From NCBI GenBank assembly GCA_030167865.1, contig JALAGF010006284.1:47780-67779 (forward strand): 20,000 bases of DNA, read 5' to 3'. This DNA is from Craspedostauros australis. Lineage: Eukaryota. The translations under genes and the position numbers were made by a program. Shown one piece after another: positions 8,768-18,604 of this stretch (its first letter is position 1; each line of letters opens with the position of its first letter). Below the pieces are notes generated by a model. That model saw only the letters and a list, made by a program, of their open reading frames with translations. It did not search any database and was not told the origin of the DNA.

Positions 8768-11164
8768 GGGAAGATAGATGGTCGCCTGTTTCTTTTCTTG
8801 TTCTTCTGCTGCTGCTCTGCTGTTTCTTCCACTACGACTCTCCAGTACTTCATTGACTTCCAAGCAACATCGACATGGGGTATCACCAGCACTTGGATTG
8901 TCACCGCCTGTTCTATTGCCTTGCGAAACAGTTGCGAGTGCATCCGCAAAGTGTGGGAGAGATGGTCTTGGCATCCGCAGGTTGTATGTCGTCTTTTCTC
9001 CCTTGTGCACAACACAACAACTTCACAACAACAAGAGGCCCGTTGAACGTCACGGTACCAACAACGCTGGTTTCGACTACCAAGATACCGTATCATGTCA
9101 GTGTCGATACCATCAACGAACAAACGGACAACACTCGAAGCGAACTCAACGAATTCGCTGGACAAGAAATGACGCACAGCAATGACATCTTCGGCCTCCC
9201 CAGCGATCGGAAAATTCCGCCACCCAAGATACGGAAATACTTGACAATCGGCGACGTTCTGTGGCGGAAACGGACGAAGGGAGGCTCGCCAGCCAAGCAT
9301 TTTCCCGACGCTGGGGAGTATCAGATCCATGTTCTGAACCAATGATGCGTTCTGATTGGTGCAGGAGTGCTCATATCTTTTTTCTGATGGAGACATGGTT
9401 TTGATGTGTGCTGTCTCGTGACACGTGGTACAATTCGCTCGTATGTGAGGGTTTAGTGGAATGAGTACTGGATCGCGATCACAAGTCATTGCTCTTCTTC
9501 TCTTTTGCGCGCGGATGCGCGATGTTGCCGACACCATCCTCACCAATGATGGATGGTATCCCTCTCCAATCCACACTCGTGCATCCACGCACAGTTCCTC
9601 ACGACGAACACGCTCGACGCCGCAAGAAACAACGGCGGCATTGGCGAACTTCAAACGACCCGTTGGCGAAGTACCAGAAGCGCCGTAGAAACCCAACTCC
9701 GAAACATTGACAAAACTTGACCCTCGCTCCCTCCATAATTTCATTTTTGCCACCAACCAATCCAAACGAGACGCTGTCGTTCGGTTTGGTCGGGTTGGCT
9801 GACACGTACGAGGTTTACTTTTTGCCTCACGAAACACAACAGCAAAGCAACGCAAAAACAACGACACACAAAACAACACACCAGAACAAGCGCGTTGTCG
9901 TACCGTGACGGTTCGAACCTCGCACCACCACCCAATCAATCAATCAATCACCACACAAGCCAATCGCAGAACAAAAAAGGAACCTGGAATCTCGATTCCT
10001 CCAAATTAGTCTCACGCAAGCCAAAGGTAAGCAAATTGTGGCACGATGCTTCGAAGGACTTCGCAAGTCCCGTTTCAGACTTGCGAGGATTCCGTCCTTG
10101 CCTGTTGTTGTCCGCCGCACCGGTTGTCCCTCACCCCTGACGAAGGCGAAACACAGGCCAGCCACCACCACACCACGATCAACAGAAGCCCTTTCACCAC
10201 CACCAACAACAACAACAGGCACAGGAAATCAAAGATCGACCATGGCGGGTTAGTCGTGCCTCCACCACCGCAACCACGAAAATCCGAAACCCGCCCACCT
10301 CCTCTCAACCATCCACCAAAAACGCCTGAAAAAAGGGACCCATCAAACAACCTCCCAACCCAACCAATACGATGCAACAACCAAAACATGCACATGCACA
10401 CACACATACACACACTGGATCATACCTGGCAACACCCGACGATGACGAGGTGCGTGATTGGTATCAGCTCCAGATAATTCCTCTCTGAGGAATTGATGAA
10501 TGGGTGCATGGTTGGGCCCATCTTCTCCCTTCGACGCGGATCATGACATCCTCGAACCCGCTGACTCTTCGAACCGCACCTCTTCGAGAAGACATGGTTT
10601 GGTCGGGTTACATGCCGGCGTCTGGTGGCTTGGTCAGTGGTGTGGATGCTCGACGGACTTCTTGGCCGTGATGGTGCATGAGTGAGGGTGGTGGTCTGCT
10701 TGTGTGTGTGTTGATGTTCTGATGCTGTGATGCTCTCTCTCTGTTTCTCTTCGTGTTTCGGCTTTGTGTTGCTTTGGCGTCTTGTTCGCATTTCTTTGTC
10801 ATTTTCTGTCTGTTTTTGGCTTTGTCGGTCTTGTTGTTCTCATTGGGTCCAATGCTGTGTGTAGCCTCCAGTACATTCCCCACGGACATCGCACTTCTCG
10901 TCGAGACGGACAGACCATTCAATTCCTCCAGCCACAAGCGTGACACAAACAGTCGCACCTTTGATTATCCACGTTTGGACGGGACATCAACCCAAACCAT
11001 AACAACAACACCAACAGGACTCGTGGAATCTTTTATGTCGCATCAACACGTCCCATTCCAGAACCACACTAACCCATTCTTCCATTGTTCCACTTGCATC
11101 CCCTTCTCTGCAACTTCATTGCCATCATGACGACAGACCATCCAACAGCAACGGCAACGCCAAC

Positions 11165-14100
11165 ATGACTGGCGATCAAGGGAACGGCGGCAACGATGGG
11201 CCCCATGCACCACAGTCAGCAGCGCCATCATCGTCCCCACATAAACAGTCTCAAGTGCTGGAACAGACGCTCGCATCCCCTGCGCTGGGTCGCAAGCGGC
11301 CCCGGATCTGCCGTCTCGTGTCCTACGACAACATCGTCTCCCCACTTCCGATGCAATATCCTAGCTGCGAGAAGAATGTCATCAAGGTGCCAGGACTTCA
11401 AACCCACATCGAGGACGCTGCGATGGTCGCCGCCCATGTGGATGAAAACAGAAAACCCAACTCGAAAGTGCTGCTGCCACCACTGTCAGCATCGATGAAC
11501 ACGCAACCATCGTCCGCTGACCCGCTACGCGATCGTCAGCTCCTGAGCCTTCATCTCACAGCAATCCGGCTGGAGGTTGAGCTGCAGCCAATGCGATCAA
11601 TCCTTTCAAAGCTGATGATGCATCAGGCACACAACCGCAAGGGGATCTTCAACTCTCCTGTCGATCCTGCAGCCCTCAAGCTCCCAGACTACTTACGCAT
11701 CATCGCACAACCCATGGATCTCGGAACCGTCAAACGCAGGCTCCATGCAGTCGCGTACAAATGCAGAAGCGACGTGGCGGCGGACGTTCGACTCACATTC
11801 CATAACGCCATGAAGTACAACCCACCGCACAACGCCGTCCACAACGCTGCCAAGCAGCTCCTGGTAATCTTTGAAAACGCCTACCAAACGCTGGATCCCA
11901 CACCCAGCGACCCACCAATCGCGCAGGCGGTTGCCGTAGCTGTCCCAATTGCCACCGTAGCTCCTTCCACAAGCAGTATCCCAGCATCTGCGCAGAGCCT
12001 ACCGACGGCAACAGCTCAATGCATGCCGGTTGCAGCCACCGCGCCTCCCACTGCATCGCAAGCTCTACCTGTACTGTCAGCACTGTCCCCGCGTGCAAGG
12101 CCAGCCGGGCGACGCACGTCCTTCCACCATAGCGAACTACCATCTGCCCCGACGCTCAAGCGCAAGCGATCCTGTTCGAGCTCCCTCTCGATCAGTGCCC
12201 ACAATCATCAACAGCACCGCTGCGACGAATGCCATGGACGCGAATGCGCCATGTGTCTGCAAGGGTGCCTGCTCCACGAACCGAGTTTGGTCATCTGCCA
12301 AGGACAGGCCTGCGCCGGAGCGAGACTTCGCAAGGGTGCCCAATACCACGTGACAAGAGACGGCACCCAGCAATACTGCCAACGATGCTACGCCAACCTC
12401 CCTCCGACGCTGCCACGCAATCCCAACGACCCCGTCATCTACAAGCAACATCTCCTCAAGAGAAAGAACGACGAGGAGGTGGCGGAGAAATGGATCACAT
12501 GTAGCAAGTGCGACATCGGCATGCATCAGATCTGCGCCATGTTCAACCCTGCCGTCCATTCGAGGGACAACTTCTTCTGTCCGCCGTGCAGAAACATCTC
12601 AGCAACGCCGAGCGTCAGCCACACAAACCAGAGCGAGGACGCCATCATTCCCGAGCACGCGCTGTACACGTACATGAGTGGGTATGACGCCCCCGTCCCC
12701 ATGTCGAGCATCGTATCTGACAACAGCACCACTCCCGGCGATGGCATGCCCACCGCAGACAGCCTCCCCAAGTGCGCCATCTCGTCTTTCATCGAAGACA
12801 AGGTGCGGTCCAAGGTGCAGGCCATTCCCAACGCTGGCGCAACCATCACCGTTCGCATCGTCTCTGACTGCGACCGATCATTCGTGGTCCCGGACGCCAT
12901 CCGTAGACATTTTCGCATGAATGCGGATGGTGCCGCACACCATGGAGGCCGCGTTGTGAAACCACCGAAGAGAGTGAATTACAACCAAAAAGCGATCATG
13001 CTGTTCCAGAGAATCGACGGCCACGACGTCTCCGTCTTCTCCATGTACGTCCAGGAATACGAAGGCAATGACGAATACGAGGTTGAGAACGAACAAACAG
13101 GCCAGCGCTGCACGACGGACAACCACACTGTCAAAGCACCCCACGCAAAGAGGGTGTACATCGCGTACCTTGATTCTGTGGAGCATTTCCGCCCCCGCAA
13201 GTGCCGGACGACCGTGTACCACGAGATCATCGTCGCGTACCTTGCAACAGCAAGAGAGCAAGGATTCGAGACGGCGCAGATTTGGGCGTGCCCACCATCG
13301 AAGGGGAGTTCCTTCGTTTTTTGGAATCATCCAGCATCGCAACGGACGCCCAACCAAGATCGGCTGACTGCGTGGTACAACTCCGTGCTCAGCCGTGGCG
13401 TTGATTGCGGGGTCATCACGGACATCAAGAGTCTGTACGAAAGCGAATTCCAAACTCCTCTGAACCAAGTCAAGCAGGCCTATGCACACCATGCAGCAGC
13501 TGCAGCAGCAGACGGATCTGCATCTGGCGTGTCTTTGCACGATGGACGCATGCTGGCCCCGCCACTCCTGGACGGCGATTTTTGGCTGGAGGAGGCTGTG
13601 CGAATTCACACGGCGAGTCTGCTTCGGTACCAGAAGAGCAAGTCAACGCATGAGGTCTGTGTGTGGAATGTCACCCCCACCAACTTCCAAGATCTGGATC
13701 CATGCCCCGCCGTTCAGATTGCCTCGCTGATCCGAGAGCGCATCATCACGCACCCATCTGCGGCGGCCTTCCGCAAACCGGTGAATGCGGCTGCTCTCAA
13801 GCTGAAGGATTATCACAAGATCGTCACCAAGCCCATGGACCTTGCAACCATCTACTCGAAGTGCACTATCGGAGAATACTACACACTTCGGGAGGTCATC
13901 GATGACGTGGAGTTGATGGTCGCCAATGCAAAGCGTTTCAACCCGCCTGGACACTTTGTGCACCTCAAGGCCACAGAAGTCTTGGACATCTTCTACCAAG
14001 AGCTCGATGCCCTGTGCATGCACTGGCCAACTGAGCAAGCATCATCCAGCACAGACCAGCACCAACAGGGACAGGGACAAGGACAGGCGCAAGTGCAGCC

Positions 14101-15385
14101 GTCCCGAAGCATGTTTACCTCGATGAATATGGCATTGGATCACATCATTGCCGTGCATGGGCCAAAGCAGGCATCGGCTACAGTCATGACGCCCCATGCG
14201 ACAACCAGTGTTGTCATTGAGGATGATCCATCGATCGATTGCTCCAAGTCTCTCGGTGGATCATCCATGGACACATCGACATTTTCCGCGCAGTCCATCA
14301 AGGACTCCAACTCTCACGCCAACACTCAGTCTGAACGTGAACTGTCGCCCGATGCGCAATCCCAACTCCACTCCGGTACCATCTACAGCACCAGCAGCAG
14401 CCAAGGTTGCCAACACTCCTCATCAGTGACAGTCGTATCAACCGGAGTCCTTCCGCCCAAACAGCAGCAGCAGCCCAAGAAGCTGGATTTGCTTACGGGC
14501 GGACCTGAGGCCGTCCATGAGCGCATGTGCGGCGACGACACATTTCTGATGAAGAAATCAAGCTCGCCATCCAGCAAGAACAACCCTGGCCGCACCTCTG
14601 CCAAGACCTCAAGCAAGAAATCCGGCGGCAAGAAACGCCGTGGCTCGACTTGCTGCGCAACATCATCCAACACGACTCCGTCAGCATCCGGAGGTGCATC
14701 CGTCACGACCGCGTCAACAGGCTCTGGCATGTCATCGGCTGCGAACAAAAAACGTCGACAATCATGGCTGGGTGAAGAAGTGGCAGACTGCGTGCGCCGG
14801 ATGCGTCTGACCCTGTTCACTTGCTCGTTGGGTGGTCCATCCAAACCTACTGACGCAAATACCTCAACCACCACGACATCGCCGACACCAACAACGAACA
14901 TGTCAGCGGTCGAGGCAAAGCAGGCCGAGTATCAACAGTACGCAGCCTCTTTCCGCACGAAGACAACAACAGCAGCAACAACAACGCCGTCGTCAACAGC
15001 ACCACCTACCTTCCGATCAAAGATTGCCGACGCCAGACACACTCTGTTGGAATTTTCCCAATACCGGCACTTCGAGTTCGACACTTTGCGACATGCAAAG
15101 TACAGCACGAAGATGCTGGTCTACTACCTCCAGAATGACGACGCTCCAGGCATCGTCCCGCATTGCACGAGCTGCAAAAAGACGATCCAAAAGGTGCGAT
15201 GGCACCGAACCAAGAAGCACGCAGAACGACAACGGCAACGATCATCGTCAGTCGGGAGCAAGAAGGCTGCGCAGACGCCAGTCACCACCGTCCCGTGGAC
15301 ACCGGAAGAATTGTGCGGATCATGTCATGAAATCCGCAACGACAATGATGACTTCATTCCGGTTCCGGTCTCCATCAAACCATGA
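11165..15385 (+). CDS. CBP/p300-family (KAT3) histone acetyltransferase: bromodomain, RING/PHD, HAT, second bromodomain, degenerate ZZ
   Basis: 1406-aa uninterrupted ORF. Bromodomain 1 'IFNSPVDP..LKLPDY..II.QPMDLGTV...NAMKYN'; PHD 'WITCSKC..MHQIC...FFCPPC'; HAT motifs 'MYVQEY', 'RVYIAYLDSV', 'IWACPP', 'RLTAWY', 'GDFW', 'FEFDTLRHAKYST'; bromodomain 2 'FRKPVN...DYHKIVTKPMDL...NAKRFN'. Confidence 0.93.
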   Translation: MTGDQGNGGNDGPHAPQSAAPSSSPHKQSQVLEQTLASPALGRKRPRICRLVSYDNIVSPLPMQYPSCEKNVIKVPGLQTHIEDAAMVAAHVDENRKPNSKVLLPPLSASMNTQPSSADPLRDRQLLSLHLTAIRLEVELQPMRSILSKLMMHQAHNRKGIFNSPVDPAALKLPDYLRIIAQPMDLGTVKRRLHAVAYKCRSDVAADVRLTFHNAMKYNPPHNAVHNAAKQLLVIFENAYQTLDPTPSDPPIAQAVAVAVPIATVAPSTSSIPASAQSLPTATAQCMPVAATAPPTASQALPVLSALSPRARPAGRRTSFHHSELPSAPTLKRKRSCSSSLSISAHNHQQHRCDECHGRECAMCLQGCLLHEPSLVICQGQACAGARLRKGAQYHVTRDGTQQYCQRCYANLPPTLPRNPNDPVIYKQHLLKRKNDEEVAEKWITCSKCDIGMHQICAMFNPAVHSRDNFFCPPCRNISATPSVSHTNQSEDAIIPEHALYTYMSGYDAPVPMSSIVSDNSTTPGDGMPTADSLPKCAISSFIEDKVRSKVQAIPNAGATITVRIVSDCDRSFVVPDAIRRHFRMNADGAAHHGGRVVKPPKRVNYNQKAIMLFQRIDGHDVSVFSMYVQEYEGNDEYEVENEQTGQRCTTDNHTVKAPHAKRVYIAYLDSVEHFRPRKCRTTVYHEIIVAYLATAREQGFETAQIWACPPSKGSSFVFWNHPASQRTPNQDRLTAWYNSVLSRGVDCGVITDIKSLYESEFQTPLNQVKQAYAHHAAAAAADGSASGVSLHDGRMLAPPLLDGDFWLEEAVRIHTASLLRYQKSKSTHEVCVWNVTPTNFQDLDPCPAVQIASLIRERIITHPSAAAFRKPVNAAALKLKDYHKIVTKPMDLATIYSKCTIGEYYTLREVIDDVELMVANAKRFNPPGHFVHLKATEVLDIFYQELDALCMHWPTEQASSSTDQHQQGQGQGQAQVQPSRSMFTSMNMALDHIIAVHGPKQASATVMTPHATTSVVIEDDPSIDCSKSLGGSSMDTSTFSAQSIKDSNSHANTQSERELSPDAQSQLHSGTIYSTSSSQGCQHSSSVTVVSTGVLPPKQQQQPKKLDLLTGGPEAVHERMCGDDTFLMKKSSSPSSKNNPGRTSAKTSSKKSGGKKRRGSTCCATSSNTTPSASGGASVTTASTGSGMSSAANKKRRQSWLGEEVADCVRRMRLTLFTCSLGGPSKPTDANTSTTTTSPTPTTNMSAVEAKQAEYQQYAASFRTKTTTAATTTPSSTAPPTFRSKIADARHTLLEFSQYRHFEFDTLRHAKYSTKMLVYYLQNDDAPGIVPHCTSCKKTIQKVRWHRTKKHAERQRQRSSSVGSKKAAQTPVTTVPWTPEELCGSCHEIRNDNDDFIPVPVSIKP

Positions 15386-15728
15386 AGTACCTCTCTGACA
15401 TGCGGGTACGTACGAGTACTCAATGCGTGTTGGTACCACTCACATCTCAAACACACAATCTGCAACATCGCACGAAAGCAACAAACCACATCCAACAATC
15501 CAGAAACAACAACATACCCACCAACCATCTCCATTTTCCACATCAAAGCACAACCATACCAATACAAAAATCAACTATCATAGACTCCATATCCATCGCT
15601 ACCTGCACTTTCACCTTCGTCGAACTGGCACTTTGCTCTGCATTCTTGCGTTGCTGCATAGATATTCTTGCAATACAAGTGTGCGCACAAGTATGTGTGG
15701 TGCAATTCTGATTGAGCAACGTGGTTGA

Positions 15729-17774
15729 TCATGCAGTCCACGCGAGAATCGGCAACTTTTGCGTTCGAAGATGCTGCGTCGTTGCACTCTCACCGGTCGT
15801 CGTTTTCTTCACTGGCTCCGGATTGCAGCACTTGGGGTCGGTAGGTGGTGGCGGCGGGCCATCCACGAACTCCACCGATTCCAACCACCATTCAGGATAC
15901 CCCACGATCTGCGCCAAGTTATCCGGCTCATTGATAAAGCCGTTGGCGTACTTGAACAGGAGCTGATCGGACAATTGCCACTGGGCATCGACGATGCGCT
16001 GCGCGTTGTCCAGGAGGAGCTGTGGCTGCAGCGGCGTATTTTGCTTGACAAGTTCGACGGATGCGGATTCCAGCTGCGACTGCAAGGCGCGAATGTCTTG
16101 GATCATGTAGGACCACTTGAGGTTGGAGATGTTGCTGATCACTGTGGTGGCCCAAAAGGCAGATGTGCGTTCCATTTTGTATGGATTGGCGCTGCGGAAG
16201 GTGGCGGGGATGTCCGGCATGCTTACGGTGAAGGGTGTGAAGACAGTGGACAGCGCTGCCGAGGGTCCGTACCACAAGACCGGTTCAGATGGAGACGCAG
16301 TGGTAGTGCCATCAGAATCAGCAACAACAGCACCCACCGATGTTTGTACGATGAATGTATCGGATGTTCGGAACATGGCGATAGCACGTTCCCACGCCCC
16401 GCCGACCTTGTCTTCGTTGCCGCCCTCCTTCCATCGGTCCGGCGACGAGAATGCTCCTCCGCCCAAATTGCCCGATTTCGTGAGATCGTACTTCGTCCCG
16501 GCGTAGTACTCGCGATGCAAGGCCATGATATCTTGCACGGCGACGTTGTTGGCCTTGCAGTACACGGGGAAGGCTGGATCGGACTGCAAATCCACGTAAT
16601 CGTCGCGCGTGATGACTTCGGGACACACCAGCCTGTAGGCACCCCACATGCGACGGCCGCTGTAGTACTTGTGGGAGTACTCTCCGTCGCTGTAGACCTT
16701 GGTGAAATCGAGCAGACCGTCGGTGTCCGCATCGTACCAGCCGTAGTCTGTGGCCACGGAATGCACGTTGTCGCTCATGAGGTAGTTTGCGGTGTCGTCG
16801 GGATCGATCTCGCGGATGACGAACATGTTGGCAAGCACGGCGAACCCGTCCGTGGGAATGCGCTGCGCGGCCCAGATGGCGGATGTCCCGGTGGGATCGG
16901 GCAAGATGTGGAACAGCCACCCTTCTCCCGTCTGGCTATCCGTGATGGCCAACGATTCGGCTGTGCCTTCAAATTGACCGGCACCGTAAAAGCCACCATG
17001 GTACTCCGCCAATTCCCCCATGAGCTGGACTGCCTCGCGCGCCGTGGCGGCACGCTCCATCGCGATCTGCGTGAGCTGATCGATGCTCCAAAGCGCTGTA
17101 CCGTCCTTCTGCCCCAACGGCACGGCACCGAACACGCCGGAGCAGGTGGATTCCCCCATCGCGAGCCCGGCCTCGTTGACGACGCCGTACGTGTCCTCCA
17201 GGTACGCGAATGTCGTGGCAGCATCACCATTGCCGAATTTCAATCCCAAGTTCGGTGCAGTGCCAATGGCTTCGAATGGAGTTGGATGGTCGGCAGTTGG
17301 GAAGTACTCCGGGATCAGGCCGCGCTCCGTGCCAACGTATCGTGGGTAGTCTTCCGGGGTGAAGTAGACTGGGCGCTTGTCACCATCCTGCGTGTAGGTC
17401 TTGGCGGGGATTCTGACCAAGCGCGGATCCGTATCCATTTCGCCATCGTTGGAATGCGTCACCATGCTGGATCCTTCGGAGCTGGCGTCTGTTGTTGCGA
17501 GTGGTGGGATGGGTGGAGAGTCAGCGGGTGTCACAGGATGGTGAGGAATTGGGAGGAGTCAGTATTCAGGCTCTGGCCTGCATGCGAGAGACAGCACTCT
17601 ACTATATCTGCTGAACAGGCAAGCGCTGCGTGGCACTCGCATTCGCATGTTCTGGCGTATGGTACTATGCCTTACGACAATATAATGCGTACCTTTGCCA
17701 ACGAGAAAGACCGAGCATGCGGACGCGGACGATGCCAGCACCACGGCCAGCAACGGTGGAAGGATCAAACGCAT
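15729..17774 (-). CDS. Secreted peptidase family C69 (dipeptidase/secernin-like Ntn hydrolase); two exons 17774-17693 and 17488-15729
   Basis: gccaccATG at 17774 encodes signal peptide MRLILPPLLAVVLASASASA followed by CSVFLVGK. Splicing gives VGK-DASSEGSSMVTHSND, the C69 N-terminal consensus. Downstream motifs: 'NEAGLAMGEST', 'TAREAVQLMGELAE', 'IWAAQRIP', 'YSGRRMW', 'WERAI'. The spliced CDS is 1842 nt (613 aa). Confidence 0.88.
17489..17692 (-). other. Spliceosomal GT-AG intron (204 nt, phase 1) in the C69 peptidase gene
   Basis: Donor AAAG|GTACGC at 17693/17692, branch-like GCTGAC near 17520-17525, acceptor CAACAG|AC at 17489/17488. The join restores the frame and the conserved motif. Confidence 0.85.
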
Positions 17775-18090
17775 GGTGGCAGCAGAGATGGAGCAACCTC
17801 CTGCTGTTGTTGTTATGCTGTTGTTGTGATGTTGTGTCTCTGTTTGGATTCGATTGAATGTTGTGCGAAGAAGGATGACGACTGACGAAACGAAAAGAAC
17901 GTTGATGGGTCTTTTGATCTGGGACACCCAACAAATTGTCCATTTCATGAGTTTTTCTGGGTCAACTACTCATTACGGGACTCGATAATGGAGGATTATT
18001 TCTGAGAAATTGTTCTCGAAAGGAAAAATGGATATTTTTGCTTCTTTGCAATTGTCATCTGAGATCCGAAATTGTGCCTGAAAATGAGTT

Positions 18091-18240
18091 GGACAATGGC
18101 AGACAATGTCAGACAAAATTTGACCGAATTAGACAAAATGAGACAAAGTGAGACAAAACCAGACAGAATCAGAAAGCGTCAGACAAAGTCAGACAGAAGT
18201 AGACAAAATCAGACAAAGCCGGACAAAGCGAGACTCAGGC
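18091..18240 (+). repeat. Degenerate 10-bp tandem minisatellite, ~15 units, consensus AGACAAARTC
   Basis: ggacaatggc agacaatgtc agacaaaatt tgaccgaatt agacaaaatg agacaaagtg agacaaaacc agacagaatc agaaagcgtc agacaaagtc agacagaagt agacaaaatc agacaaagcc ggacaaagcg agactcaggc; the 10-nt register is kept throughout with no indels. Confidence 0.9.
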
Positions 18241-18604
18241 TGATGACGGAAATTAGAGTGGGCGATGAATCAGTTGCTCTCTCCAGACTATGGACCTGCG
18301 ACTTTGCTCTGATATGAGTGATATTGTATTACAAATAGCAATTCCCACAGTACAATATAACCTCATCGAGATATTTTTGGAGGGGCAACATGCGAATTNC
18401 CCCCCCTCGGAAATTGAAACACAATCGAGTTTCACGTCGCAGTCCCGGCAATAGACCTTCCACATGTCGAAACGAAATAAACGCTCAATCATATCTCTTC
18501 ATGTACAATAGCGTTTCGTCATATTTGTCATACTGATGATGGATGCATTGGCATGCTCGCAAAGAAGAAGCTAGCATTCTAGTGTGAAGGATACATGGAG
18601 CAAT

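Noticed and set aside
8764..9939. 391-aa minus-strand ORF and overlapping 135-156-aa plus-strand ORFs
   Set aside because: Non-ATG or weak starts, no coding-like codon bias and no recognisable domain. A small real gene cannot be excluded without RNA data.
15759..17885. 708-aa plus-strand ORF antisense to the C69 peptidase
   Set aside because: Shadow frame. It stays open across the intron, but its composition is typical antisense translation and it has no motifs.
18091..18240. Possible CRISPR array or repeat-protein ORF (18072-18317)
   Set aside because: Units are 10 bp with no spacers, the context is eukaryotic, and a 10-nt period does not fit a codon repeat.
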